This document shows positions 9,191-21,353 of a DNA stretch of 64,000 nucleotides, one piece after another. The DNA lies in NCBI GenBank assembly GCA_963796685.1, contig CAWCMR010000025.1, positions 1,408,001 to 1,472,000 of the forward strand. Reading direction: 5' to 3'. Under the pieces are notes generated by a model that saw only the letters and a list, made by a program, of their open reading frames with translations, was not told where the DNA came from and did not search any database. A program made the translations under genes and the position numbers. Every line of letters starts with the position of its first letter. The stretch's first letter is position 1. The stretch is from an uncultured delta proteobacterium. Lineage in GTDB: Bacteria > Myxococcota_A > Polyangia > Fen-1088.

Positions 9191-11203
9191 ATGCGTGTCG
9201 TTCGATGGGTCGGTCTCGTGGTTTTCTTGTCGCTCCTGGGCATCGGGACGGGCGTCCGGGCTCAAACCAACAACGCCGCGCCGGCTCCCCCCAGGATGGA
9301 TCGGTCCTTCGACCTCCAGCTCTTCCATCCCGCGGTGGGCGGGCACAGCTTCATCACCCTCGACAGTGCCGAGGTGCTCGAACATCGCCTCTGGCACTTC
9401 GGCTTGGTCGCGAACTACCAGCACCAACCCCTTTCGTACACGCTTGGGAGCTCCGATACCGGGACCGGCCCGACCACGGTCGTACCCGTGCGCGACCTGA
9501 CCATGGCGGAATTGGTCGCGGCCGTGGGGATCCGCAATCGTTTCGAGGTCGGTGCGGCCCTGCCCTTGGCGGTAACCTGGGGAGGCTACGGCTTCGATGC
9601 CTATGGCCGGACCAACGGCACGTCCGCGGCCACCGTGTTCGGCGTGGGCGACTTGCGCGTGGAGGGCAAGGGCGAGGTGGTTGGCTTCGGCACCGATCGC
9701 GCCTTCCTGCTCAGCTTGTCCGCGGGGGCCACCTTGCCCACCGGCGACAAGTCGGCCTTCCTCGGCGAAAAGTCGTTCACCGGCCGCCTGCGCGCGTTGC
9801 TCGAATACCAGCGCGGCGAGAACTTGCGCGCGGTCGCCATGGTGGGCGGGTTGTTTCGCGAAGAGTCCGTGTTCTTGGGCACACCCGAATCAAATGCGGC
9901 GCTTTACGGCCTGGCTGGCGAAATCAAGCCCACCGATGAAATCGGCGTGCTCGCCGAGGTCACGGGAAGAGTGGCCTCGAAGTACTACGACACCAACCCC
10001 GCGGAATTCGACGCCGCCATGCGCTTCTACTTGCCGTCCATGCTCAACCTCATCATGGGTGCCGGCTTCGGGCTCAACCAGGGCATCGGTAGCCCCGTCG
10101 TGCGCGCCTTCGTCGGGCTTGGCTGGGCGCCCGATTACCGCGACCGCGACCACGACGGTATTCCCGACGTGTCCGATCGCTGCCCCGATGAGGCCGAGGA
10201 CCACGACGGGTTCCAGGACGACGACGGCTGCCCCGACCCCGACAACGACGGCGACGGCATTCCCGACGCCCTCGACAAGTGCCCGAACGAGCCCGAGGAC
10301 TTCGACGGCTTTCAGGACGCCGACGGCTGCCCGGACCTCGATAACGACGGCGACGGCATCCCCAATCTCAACGACGCCTGCCCCAACGAAAAGGAAGACG
10401 GCAAGGGCAAACGGCCCACGGACGGCTGCCCCAGCACCTTGGAGGACAGCGACGGCGACGGCATCCCCGACGTGAAGGACAAGTGCCCCGACGAGCCCGA
10501 GGACAAGGACGGCTTCCAGGACGACGACGGTTGCCCCGACTACGACAACGACGGCGACGGCATTCCCGACGGCTACGACGCCTGCCCGAACGAGCCCGAG
10601 GACTTCGACGGGTTCGAGGACAACGATGGCTGCCCGGATCCGGACAACGATCACGACGGCATTCCCGACGTGAAGGACAAGTGCCCGAACCAGCCCGAGA
10701 CCCTCAACAACTTCAAGGACGACGACGGCTGTCCCGATGGCCCGCCCCTGGTCTCGCTGGGCGAGAACGACGACAAAGTGTTCATGCTCGAGCACATCAA
10801 TTTCTTCCCGGGACCTGCAGGCAAGCCCATGCTCACCACCAACAGCCACATGCTGGTTGGATTGGTGGCGCGCCTGCTCAAAGGCCACGTCGAGGTGGCC
10901 AAGGTTCGCATCGACGTGCACGGCAAGGACGTCAGCAAAGAGGTCACGCAGGAGCGTGGCGAGGCGGTGCTGAGCGCGCTGGTCAAGAACGGCATCGATG
11001 CCGGGCGGCTCAAGGTCGCAGGCCTCGGGCCAGGCCCGAACCGGATCGACTTCGTCATCGAAAGTCGAAGCAAACCGAGACGCTACCTTGCCCCCATCCC
11101 GGTGGCCGTGCCCGCCGACGGTTCACCGGACGCCTCCCCGCCACCCTCCGTGGCGCCCAGCGACCCGCCCGCCCCGGCCGCGCCCGCCGAAGAGGCCCGC
11201 TAG
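9191..11203 (+). CDS. outer-membrane beta-barrel plus thrombospondin type 3 repeats plus degenerate OmpA-like C-terminal domain
   Basis: Signal peptide; barrel ending FVGLGW; repeated DxDxDGIPDxxDKCPNEPEDxDGFQDxDGCPD Ca-binding units; OmpA-like tail (INF...RGEAVLSALVKNGIDAGRL...NRIDF). Confidence 0.88.
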   Translation: MRVVRWVGLVVFLSLLGIGTGVRAQTNNAAPAPPRMDRSFDLQLFHPAVGGHSFITLDSAEVLEHRLWHFGLVANYQHQPLSYTLGSSDTGTGPTTVVPVRDLTMAELVAAVGIRNRFEVGAALPLAVTWGGYGFDAYGRTNGTSAATVFGVGDLRVEGKGEVVGFGTDRAFLLSLSAGATLPTGDKSAFLGEKSFTGRLRALLEYQRGENLRAVAMVGGLFREESVFLGTPESNAALYGLAGEIKPTDEIGVLAEVTGRVASKYYDTNPAEFDAAMRFYLPSMLNLIMGAGFGLNQGIGSPVVRAFVGLGWAPDYRDRDHDGIPDVSDRCPDEAEDHDGFQDDDGCPDPDNDGDGIPDALDKCPNEPEDFDGFQDADGCPDLDNDGDGIPNLNDACPNEKEDGKGKRPTDGCPSTLEDSDGDGIPDVKDKCPDEPEDKDGFQDDDGCPDYDNDGDGIPDGYDACPNEPEDFDGFEDNDGCPDPDNDHDGIPDVKDKCPNQPETLNNFKDDDGCPDGPPLVSLGENDDKVFMLEHINFFPGPAGKPMLTTNSHMLVGLVARLLKGHVEVAKVRIDVHGKDVSKEVTQERGEAVLSALVKNGIDAGRLKVAGLGPGPNRIDFVIESRSKPRRYLAPIPVAVPADGSPDASPPPSVAPSDPPAPAAPAEEAR

Positions 11204-11236
11204 CGCGGAATCCCGAGACGCGCTAGCGTATAGGCA

Positions 11237-12007
11237 ATGAAGCCTCGCGGCTGGAGCGCGACCGACGTCGGTCTCAAGCGCGATCACAACGAAGACAGCT
11301 ATCTGTGCAACGACATTCTCGGGCTCTATGCCGTGGCCGACGGCATGGGCGGCCATCTCGGCGGCGAGCGAGCCAGCCGCATGGCCGTGGAGGTGCTCGA
11401 AAAGGAAATGGCCGAACGGCTGGCCGCCCCACGGGATGGCGGCAACCCGGGCGTCGTGGTTGCGGCCATGAAGGAGGCGACCTCGCTGGCTTCGCAGGCG
11501 ATCTACGACAGCGCGCAGGCCTCGCCCGATCTCGCCGGCATGGGTACCACCCTCACCGGGCTGTGCTTTCACGGTCAAAGCCTGACCTTGTGCCACGTGG
11601 GCGATTCGCGCGCCTACCTGCTGCGCGACGGCCATGCCCGCCAGCTCACCGAAGATCATTCATGGATTCAGGAGCAGGTACGCGCGGGCTTGCTGTCCCC
11701 CGGTGACGCCATGGTGTCCCGCTTTCGCAACATCATCACGCGCTCGGTGGGGTTCGAGCCCACCGTCGCCCCTGACCTCTTCACCATGCCCGTCGAACCG
11801 GGGGATTGCTACCTCATCTGTTCGGACGGGCTGTCCAACTACTTTTCGGTCGACGAGATCGGGCGCATCCTGGCCAGCCAGTTCTACAGCGAGGCCGGCC
11901 GGGCCCTGGTCGAGATCGCCAACGAACGCGGCGGCGACGACAACATCACCTGCGTGATCGTGTACGTCGCCAACATCCTGAATGGAAAAGCCGGGAGCTT
12001 GCTCTAG
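11237..12007 (+). CDS. PP2C-family (Stp1-like) Ser/Thr protein phosphatase
   Basis: RDHNEDS, VADGMGGH, VGDSRAY, CSDGL, GGDDNIT motifs. Confidence 0.93.
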   Translation: MKPRGWSATDVGLKRDHNEDSYLCNDILGLYAVADGMGGHLGGERASRMAVEVLEKEMAERLAAPRDGGNPGVVVAAMKEATSLASQAIYDSAQASPDLAGMGTTLTGLCFHGQSLTLCHVGDSRAYLLRDGHARQLTEDHSWIQEQVRAGLLSPGDAMVSRFRNIITRSVGFEPTVAPDLFTMPVEPGDCYLICSDGLSNYFSVDEIGRILASQFYSEAGRALVEIANERGGDDNITCVIVYVANILNGKAGSLL

Positions 12008-12165
12008 GAGACTGGTGTTAAACGGCGGACCGAGTCCTGGCGGAGCGAGGAGCCCTGGCCGCAAGGCGCGAGGAGGGCACAATACTGGACGTACCGACGA
12101 GCAACGAAGCGGGCGGGGCCCGCAGCCCGCCAAGCGACGGGAGCCGTTTGACACCAGCCTCCTAG
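12004..12165. mobile_element. non-autonomous MITE-like element bounded by CTAG
   Basis: Left CTAGGAGACTGGTGTTAAACGGC and right GCCGTTTGACACCAGCCTCCTAG form a 23-bp inverted repeat with 2 mismatches; no credible coding capacity. Confidence 0.75.
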
Positions 12166-12168
12166 AGC

Positions 12169-13626
12169 CAATGCCGATCGGTTAGCGCGTAAGTGATCGA
12201 AATTGATCAGGAATTCCTGTGGATAACTTCGCTTCTTGCCTTTAGGCAAGAAGCGAAGTCACCATGCATCGATCTTCGATGGAGAAGGTCATGCATCTGG
12301 ATAGTTCCCTCAAGACGGTAAGCGTATTCACGGCGCCCGAGCAGTTCGAGAGCATCAGGCAGCACATTGACCCTGCGTGGGTGGCCGAGGCTCTGGCGGC
12401 GACTGGAACAGCCACGGTGCGAAAGCGACGGCTTCCAGCCGACCAGGTGGTGTGGCTGGTGATTGGAATGGCCATGTTTCGGAAGTGGCCTATTGCGGAC
12501 TTGGTTGGGAAGCTGAATTTGGTTCTGCCTGGACCACGAGCAACGGTTGTTCCCAGCACGGTCGCTGAGGCTCGGGCGCGCGTTGGTGCCGAGCCGCTGG
12601 AACGGATCTTCGAGATGAGCGCTCAGAAGTGGGGCCACGAGAGCGCGCGCAAGCACGCATGGAGAGGCCTGGCGCTCTACGGTGTGGATGGGTCCACGCT
12701 TCGCGTGGCAGACTCTCCGGAAAATCGCGCTCATTTCGGTGGAACCCGAGGCGACCGAGGCGACAGTGGCTATCCGCTGGTTCGAATCGCCGCGTTGATG
12801 GCGTTGCGTTCGCACATTCTGGTGGCCGCCGAATTCGGCCCCTACGAAGACAGTGAAATCACGCTGAGCGCGTTTCTGTGGCGAGCCGTGCCGGACAATG
12901 CGCTGGTGATGGTCGACCGCGGCTTCCTGGCAGCCGGAATCCTGGTGCCGCTGGCCCGCGATGGAAAGAATCGCCATTGGCTGACTCGCGCCAAGTCGAC
13001 CACAAAATGGCGCGTCGTGGAGCACCTCGGGAAGAACGACGACCTGGTCGAGTTGACGGTTTCGCGCGAGGCGCGAAAGCAGGACCCAAGTTTGCCAGCG
13101 ACCTATCTGGCACGTGCGATCACCTACCAGGTGAAGGGATTCCGTCCTCAGATCGTGCTCACCTCGATGCTCGACCCCGACGCCTTCCCCGCTGCCGAGG
13201 TCGCCCGCCTTTATCACGAGCGCTGGGAGCTGGAACTGGGCTATGGCGAAATCAAGACCGATATGCTCGACCGTCTCGAAAGCATCCGCTGCCGCAGCGT
13301 CGCTGGCGTCGAGCAGGAATTGTGGGGCATTCTTCTCGCGTACAACTTGATTCGCCTCGAAATGGAAAGGACTGCCGACGATTTCGGCGTCGAGCCCACG
13401 CGCATCAGCTTCGTCACGTCACTTCGGATCATCTGTGACACCTGGTCATGGTGTGCGCTCGCCTCGCCCGGCGCTTTGCCTACTCGCCTCAAGACCATGC
13501 GAGAGCTCTTCACCAGCCTTGTTCTCCCAGAGCGGCGCACGGCCCGCAGATATCCACGGGCCGTGAAGATCAAAATGAGCAATTTCCCGAGAAAACGGCC
13601 TTCAAATGCTTAACCGACTGGCATTG
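12169..13626 (+). mobile_element. IS4-family insertion sequence (IS4 group), complete
   Basis: TIRs CAATGCCGATCGGTTAG and CTTAACCGACTGGCATTG; perfect 10-bp target duplication CTCCTAGAGC at 12159-12168 and 13627-13636. Confidence 0.93.
12264..13613 (+). CDS. IS4-family DDE transposase
   Basis: RKRRLPA N-terminal motif, VDGS, DRGF, YHERWELELGYGEIK (YREK), YPRAVK tail; true start may be 12291. Confidence 0.93.
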   Translation: MHRSSMEKVMHLDSSLKTVSVFTAPEQFESIRQHIDPAWVAEALAATGTATVRKRRLPADQVVWLVIGMAMFRKWPIADLVGKLNLVLPGPRATVVPSTVAEARARVGAEPLERIFEMSAQKWGHESARKHAWRGLALYGVDGSTLRVADSPENRAHFGGTRGDRGDSGYPLVRIAALMALRSHILVAAEFGPYEDSEITLSAFLWRAVPDNALVMVDRGFLAAGILVPLARDGKNRHWLTRAKSTTKWRVVEHLGKNDDLVELTVSREARKQDPSLPATYLARAITYQVKGFRPQIVLTSMLDPDAFPAAEVARLYHERWELELGYGEIKTDMLDRLESIRCRSVAGVEQELWGILLAYNLIRLEMERTADDFGVEPTRISFVTSLRIICDTWSWCALASPGALPTRLKTMRELFTSLVLPERRTARRYPRAVKIKMSNFPRKRPSNA

Positions 13627-13629
13627 CTC

Positions 13630-13792
13630 CTAGAGCACCGAACGGGTTGAAACCCGAGCAATTTCCGGATTCTAACCACAGAGGACACAGAGAACACTGA
13701 GACGGATGAGAAATGAAGGGTTTGGATCGAGATCCGGACCCCCCCCCCATTCTCCGGGCCTCTGTGCCCTCTGTGTTCTCTGTGGTGAAAAA
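13630..13792. repeat. composite repeat: R3 (CTAG-initiated hairpin element) fused to R2 (CACAGAG-periodic inverted repeat)
   Basis: 13630-13708 nearly identical to 50074-50143; arms ACCACAGAGGACACAGAGAACACTGAG (13675-13701) and CTCTGTGCCCTCTGTGTTCTCTGTGGT (13760-13786) are inverted with a 9-bp period. Confidence 0.82.
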
Positions 13793-13800
13793 GAATTCTT

Positions 13801-14133
13801 TCAATCCACGACCTTCTTGATCAGATCCTCGATGCGCGTGCGCGGCACCGCGCCCACCAGCTGACCCGTGACCTGACCGTTCTTGAAGAGGAGCAAGGTC
13901 GGGACGCTGCGAATCTCGAACTGCGTGGGCACGCCGGGATTGTGATCGATGTCGCACTTGCCCACGCGGATCTTGCCGGCATAGGCCTGGGCGATGGCAT
14001 CGAGATGCGGCGCGATGGCCCGGCACGGACCACACCAAGTCGCCCAGAAGTCCACCAGCACGGGCAACGCCGATTGGGAAACCTCGGTCTGAAAGTTCGC
14101 GTCCGTAACATCGAAGGTGTTGGTACTAGCCAT
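13801..14133 (-). CDS. trxA: thioredoxin
   Basis: DFWATWCGPC active site, RSVPTL cis-Pro motif. Confidence 0.95.
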   Translation of the reverse strand: MASTNTFDVTDANFQTEVSQSALPVLVDFWATWCGPCRAIAPHLDAIAQAYAGKIRVGKCDIDHNPGVPTQFEIRSVPTLLLFKNGQVTGQLVGAVPRTRIEDLIKKVVD

Positions 14134-14222
14134 GCAAAAGTCTTAGCACGGAATATCCGGGTTTGTGCCACTGGCCGCGCGATGCTAGCCTGTCGGGACA
14201 CGCGCCAGCTTTTCAGGCGGAA

Positions 14223-14573
14223 ATGTCCGTCAAGGTCTTTATCCCTCAAGATGTCGTCGATTCGTGGATCACGTCCGACAAGGTCGAGTTGTCGGGCGAG
14301 GTCATGACTTTTTGCGGTTCTCGCCTGGCGTTGCGCATGGTCCCCGGCTACTACTTCGACCATGTTGCTGGCGGCTCGGACGAAGGACATAACCTGGTCG
14401 GCCGGGCCAAGGTCAAGGCCGCCGTCAACGCCATGGGAGCCGAGGCGTACATGAGCTCGGTCATTCTCGGCGAGACGGCCTACGAGGTGGAAGCCGGCTT
14501 CGTGGCCAAGCCACTCGACCCAGCTTGCACCCGGAGCGCGCTGGTCGCGGTCATGTCCAAGGCCGGCCATTGA
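14223..14573 (+). CDS. hypothetical protein (small, myxobacterial type)
   Basis: Globular-looking ORF MSVKVFIPQD...EAYMSSVILGETAYEVEAGF directly upstream of hemC. Confidence 0.7.
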   Translation: MSVKVFIPQDVVDSWITSDKVELSGEVMTFCGSRLALRMVPGYYFDHVAGGSDEGHNLVGRAKVKAAVNAMGAEAYMSSVILGETAYEVEAGFVAKPLDPACTRSALVAVMSKAGH

Positions 14574-14578
14574 GTGCG

Positions 14579-15496
14579 ATGAAATCCATCGTTGTCGGGA
14601 CCCGAGGCAGCCTGCTCGCACGCTGGCAGGCGGCGTTCGTGGCGCGATCCTTGCGGGCAGCGCATCCCGGCTTGGTCGTCGAGGAGAAGATCATCGTGAC
14701 CGAGGGCGATCGTCTGTCCTCCGGTCCCTTGTGGAATGCAGGCGGCAAAGGGCTGTGGGTCAAGGAAATCGAGGCCGCGCTTTTGGCGGACGAGATCGAC
14801 ATCGCGGTTCACAGCATGAAGGACGTTCCCGGCGAGCTGGCCGCCGGGTTGGCCCTGGTGGCGATCCCACCGCGCGCCGATGTGCGCGACGCCGTGGTCA
14901 GCTCTTCGGGCCGAGCCCTCGATGCTCTGCCCAAGTCGGCGCGCATCGGCACCACCAGTTTGCGCCGAGCCTGCCAGCTCAAGGCCGTCCGCCCGGACTT
15001 CGATATCGAAATCCTGCGCGGCAACCTCGACACCCGCTTGCGCAAGGTCGCGGATGGCGTTGTCGACGCGGCCATCCTGGCTTGCGCCGGACTCGACCGA
15101 CTGGAATTCGCCGGCCGAATCACCGAGCGCTTGTCCATAGAGCGCATGCTGCCGGCGGTAGGTCAGGGCGCGTTGGCCATCGAAGCGCGTTCCGACGACG
15201 CGAGGGTGCGCGGCCTTGCCGAGGTTTTGGACGACGCGGCGACCGCGTTGGCCATTTCCACCGAGCGGAGTTTCCTTGCTCGTCTGGGCGCGACTTGCCG
15301 AACGCCGGTTGCCGGCTACGCCCGCATCGAGGGCGGGCAAGTCGTCATGCTCGGGCTCGTTGGCCGCCCGGACGGCTCCGAGCTCATCGCCGATAGGATG
15401 AGCGGGCAGCCGAGCCGGGCTGCTGAGCTCGGCGTCAAGCTCGCAGATGCGTTGCTGGCGCGTGGGGCCGGGGCGATCCTCGCCGAATGCACCTAG
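14579..15496 (+). CDS. hemC: hydroxymethylbilane synthase (porphobilinogen deaminase)
   Basis: GTRGSLLA, AVHSMKDVP, GTTSLRR, RGNLDTRL, GQGALAIE, cofactor Cys in GATCRTP. Confidence 0.95.
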   Translation: MKSIVVGTRGSLLARWQAAFVARSLRAAHPGLVVEEKIIVTEGDRLSSGPLWNAGGKGLWVKEIEAALLADEIDIAVHSMKDVPGELAAGLALVAIPPRADVRDAVVSSSGRALDALPKSARIGTTSLRRACQLKAVRPDFDIEILRGNLDTRLRKVADGVVDAAILACAGLDRLEFAGRITERLSIERMLPAVGQGALAIEARSDDARVRGLAEVLDDAATALAISTERSFLARLGATCRTPVAGYARIEGGQVVMLGLVGRPDGSELIADRMSGQPSRAAELGVKLADALLARGAGAILAECT

Positions 15497-15589
15497 GGTA
15501 GACCGCCCCGTTCACGGCGATTCGCGTCGGGGAATTCACAGTTTTTGCGCTTTCCTGCCGAAGGAGCCTATGATCGATTCTGAGGCACC

Positions 15590-16531
15590 ATGCGGCTACT
15601 CGTCCGCGCGATAGGAATTCCAAGCATTGCACTGATGGCCTCGTGTGCCCATCGGCAGCCAAACCAGGTCGAGCTCGACCAGCTCCACCGATCCGTCGAG
15701 GCCTTGCGCGTGCAGAACGCGGACTATGCCAAGCAGGTGGAAGAGCTCGAGAATCGCGTCTTCATCCTCACCGACCAACTCGACAGCCGCAAGGTGAACG
15801 AGGAAAAGGCGGAACCGCCCAGGTTGCCGACAGTGGCCTTGCACCCATCCGCCCCGCCACCCGCCAACCCGATTCCCGCCGGCACCGAGACCGATGCGGA
15901 GCCCGAGGTCGAGTACGCGGGTGAGGCGGCCAAGTCCACCGCCCACAGGCCGCTCCTGCGCCTGCGTGGAGATTCCGCCGAGGTGTCCATCGTGCGCGAG
16001 TCGCCGGCGGTCTCGCCGGTGGTTCGGGTCGCGCACGAGGGGGCTCCGCGGGCTTCGCGAGAGGAAGGCGCGGAAGTGGTGGCCGTGTATCGCAAGGCCT
16101 TCGCGGCGTTGCGCGCCGGCCGGCACGACGAGGCCGCGCAGGGATTCAGGGATCTGTTGCGTGACTTCCCCGACTCGGATCTCGCGGACAACGCCCAGTA
16201 CTGGCTGGGCGAATGCTACTACGACCGCAAGGATTTCGTCCAAGCGGTGCACGAGTTTCGTCGGGTCATCGAGCGCTACCCGAGCGGCAACAAGGTTCCC
16301 GATGCCCTGCTCAAGGTCGGCTTCAGTTACCTTGCCCTGGGCAGCACCGACGCGGGCAGGCAGACCCTGATCCAACTGCAGCGCTCCTACCCACGGCATG
16401 AGGCCGCTGTCTTGGCCGGCGCCCGCCTGGCCGAGTTGGATCGCTCCACCCCTGTGCATGCCGCGGGCGGCTCGACCCCTGCGGCGGCTGCAACCGCCAA
16501 GACGGCGCAAATGCCCGAGGAGGCCCCGTGA
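15590..16531 (+). CDS. ybgF: Tol-Pal system TPR protein YbgF/CpoB (lipoprotein)
   Basis: Lipobox MASC, coiled coil, TPR motif ADNAQYWLGECYY...KVPDALLKVG. Confidence 0.88.
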   Translation: MRLLVRAIGIPSIALMASCAHRQPNQVELDQLHRSVEALRVQNADYAKQVEELENRVFILTDQLDSRKVNEEKAEPPRLPTVALHPSAPPPANPIPAGTETDAEPEVEYAGEAAKSTAHRPLLRLRGDSAEVSIVRESPAVSPVVRVAHEGAPRASREEGAEVVAVYRKAFAALRAGRHDEAAQGFRDLLRDFPDSDLADNAQYWLGECYYDRKDFVQAVHEFRRVIERYPSGNKVPDALLKVGFSYLALGSTDAGRQTLIQLQRSYPRHEAAVLAGARLAELDRSTPVHAAGGSTPAAAATAKTAQMPEEAP

Positions 16532-17835
16532 GACCCCACCGTCTCCCTTTCGTGCTCGCAATCGCTTCACTGTCATTGCTGCCCGACGTAGCCAGGTCGG
16601 AGAACATGGGGGCCACGCGGATCCCGCCGCAGGTCGAGGCAGCACGGCATGGGCCAGTCGCGGATCCTGGTGCACTGGACCCGGACACGGGCGCCGACGA
16701 GCCACCTCCCCCGCCGAGGATTATCGGTTCCAAGACCCTGAACCGCGGCCCCACGGATCCCGGTGATCGCCGGATCCAAAACACGGCTGATGGGCTGAGC
16801 ACACCGGGCCTCTTGGGTAACGACCAAGGCGCCTCCCCGGTCGAAGGGCAGGACAAGGTTTCGGCCGCGCCTGCCAGTGGGCAGATCCCCGAGCTGCACG
16901 TGGTTCAAAAGGGCGACACGTTGTGGTCCTTGTGCTCGAAGTACTTCAACGACCCTTGGCGCTGGCCTCGTCTTTGGGCCGCCAATCCCGTCATCACCAA
17001 TCCCCACTGGATCTTCCCCGGCGACGTCATTCGCCTGGGCGTCGGAGGTGCTTCCGCCGTCGCTCCCACCCCCAGCGCCCCCCCAACGCCACCTCACCTG
17101 GGATTGACCTCCGTGAATCGTATCGGCTCGCTCAATGGCAACGCCGTGTTGCTGCGCGAGCTCGGTTTCATCGAGGCCAAGGATCTCGATCAGGCGGCGA
17201 CCATCACTGGCTCGCGTGAAGAGAAGATCCTGCTCTCCACGGCCGATCAGGCGTATTTGCGCTACCCCGAGAGGATGAAACTGCGTGCCGGCGATCGCTA
17301 TTCGGTGTTCACCACGGATACCGACCACCCCGTCGTCGACACCACGACGGGCAAGACCTATGGCTATCTGGTGAGGCTCCAGGGCGACATCGTGGTCAAC
17401 CAGATCGCGGAAAACGACGTCGCCCGTGGAACCCTGGTCGACACCGTGGTGCCCATCGAGCGCGGTGCGCGCGTCAGTCCCTTCGTCCATCAGTTCAAGC
17501 GCATCGAGCCGCGGCCGAGCGACGTCAATCTCGAGGCGCGGGTCATTGCCACCTTCGCCCCGAACATGCTACTAGGCGCGGGCAATTTCGTGGTGCTCAA
17601 CCGCGGCAGACGCGACGGCGTTCAGGTTGGCAACCGAACTTTCGTCATCCGGCGGGGCGACGGCTACCGTGGCAGGCTCGAAAGCTGGGAGGTCCACGAC
17701 CCGGACTCGCCCAAGGAAGTCGTCGGGGAGATCCTGGTCGTCGACGTGCGCGACGACGCTTCCGTGGCATGGATCGCTCGCAGCACCAAGGAGCTGAGGG
17801 TCGGCGAGCTCACCGAGATGCGGAGAGGCCACTAG
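16528..17835 (+). CDS. LysM peptidoglycan-binding domain protein
   Basis: HVVQKGDTLWSL...WPRLWAANPVITNPHWIFPGD; usual position upstream of dprA. Confidence 0.88.
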   Translation: MRPHRLPFVLAIASLSLLPDVARSENMGATRIPPQVEAARHGPVADPGALDPDTGADEPPPPPRIIGSKTLNRGPTDPGDRRIQNTADGLSTPGLLGNDQGASPVEGQDKVSAAPASGQIPELHVVQKGDTLWSLCSKYFNDPWRWPRLWAANPVITNPHWIFPGDVIRLGVGGASAVAPTPSAPPTPPHLGLTSVNRIGSLNGNAVLLRELGFIEAKDLDQAATITGSREEKILLSTADQAYLRYPERMKLRAGDRYSVFTTDTDHPVVDTTTGKTYGYLVRLQGDIVVNQIAENDVARGTLVDTVVPIERGARVSPFVHQFKRIEPRPSDVNLEARVIATFAPNMLLGAGNFVVLNRGRRDGVQVGNRTFVIRRGDGYRGRLESWEVHDPDSPKEVVGEILVVDVRDDASVAWIARSTKELRVGELTEMRRGH

Positions 17836-18019
17836 GACAAGACGCCCCGCGAATAGTGCGCCAGGTCACCGGAATGGCGCATGGTAGCATGTTGTAAGTC
17901 CCTTGGATTACGGGCACTTTTCCACAACTGCTTGATCTTCTTTGGGGCAGGCGCTATCAGCTTGCGACTCCATGCAGTTGGTCGGAAACCCAGAACGAGT
18001 TTTGCCGAGAAGGTCAGGG

Positions 18020-18899
18020 ATGGCCTTTCCGCATGCAAGACAGCCTGGTTCGATCCCGAAACAGGTTACCCGACAGACCGTGCCTGGAGACGCGGTGTTC
18101 CCAGCGCAACTGCAGAACATGCCGTCGCCACCCAAGTCGTTGTGGTTTGTTGGACGAGTGCCCTCGGCGGGACAAAGGCTGGTGGCCATCGTGGGCGCCC
18201 GGGCCGCTACGCGCCAAGGGTGCGATCGCACGCACGCCATCGCCGCCGAGCTCGGGCAGGACGGGGTCGCGATTGTCTCGGGCGGTGCCTTTGGTGTCGA
18301 CGCGGCCGCTCACGAAGGAGCCCTGGCCAGCGACTCGCCCACCTTTGCGGTTCTCGGCTGCGGCACGGATGTTGTCTACCCCGACCGGCACGCGGACTTG
18401 TTCACGCGCATCGCTGCCTCGGGAGGCTTGCTCTCGGAGTATCCGCCTGGGACGAAACCGCGCGCCGGCCAGTTTCCCGCCCGCAATCGCATCATCGCGG
18501 GGCTTGCTCAGGCGGTGGTGGTGGTCGAGGCGGCCATGCGTTCGGGGGCACTCATCACGGCCCGCTTGGCGCGCGGGCTCGGCCGGACCTTGTTCGCCGT
18601 TCCCGGCAGCCCGGGCACGGACGCCTATCTGCGCGCGGGCCTTGCCCTGCCCGCGACCTCCGCTGCGGACATCGAGCGCGTGCTGGCTGGCGGGCAACCT
18701 GCTCCCATGCCGGCGGTCCAGCCTACGCCCGGGCCTCTTGGCGCCGTGCTCGAAGCCATGGCATTCGGGGCGGATACGCCTGCGGCGCTGTGCGATGGCC
18801 TGGGCATGAGCCTGTCTTCCATCTTGGCGATTCTGGCCGAAGCCGAGATCGAAGGATTCGTACGGCGAGCGGCTGGCAACACTTATGAGGTCATTGGAC

Positions 18900-18910
<11 letters not shown>
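18020..18910 (+). CDS. dprA: DNA-processing protein DprA (Smf)
   Basis: VAIVGAR, VSGGAFGVDAAAH, SEYPPG, FPARNRII, SGALITA; start uncertain. Confidence 0.9.
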
Positions 18911-21347
<2,437 letters not shown>

Positions 21348-21353
21348 GACGAA

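Noticed and set aside
10140-10740. Highly repetitive GACGGC/TGCCC-rich DNA resembling an array
   Set aside because: In-frame thrombospondin type 3 protein repeats; no constant repeat with unique spacers, so not CRISPR
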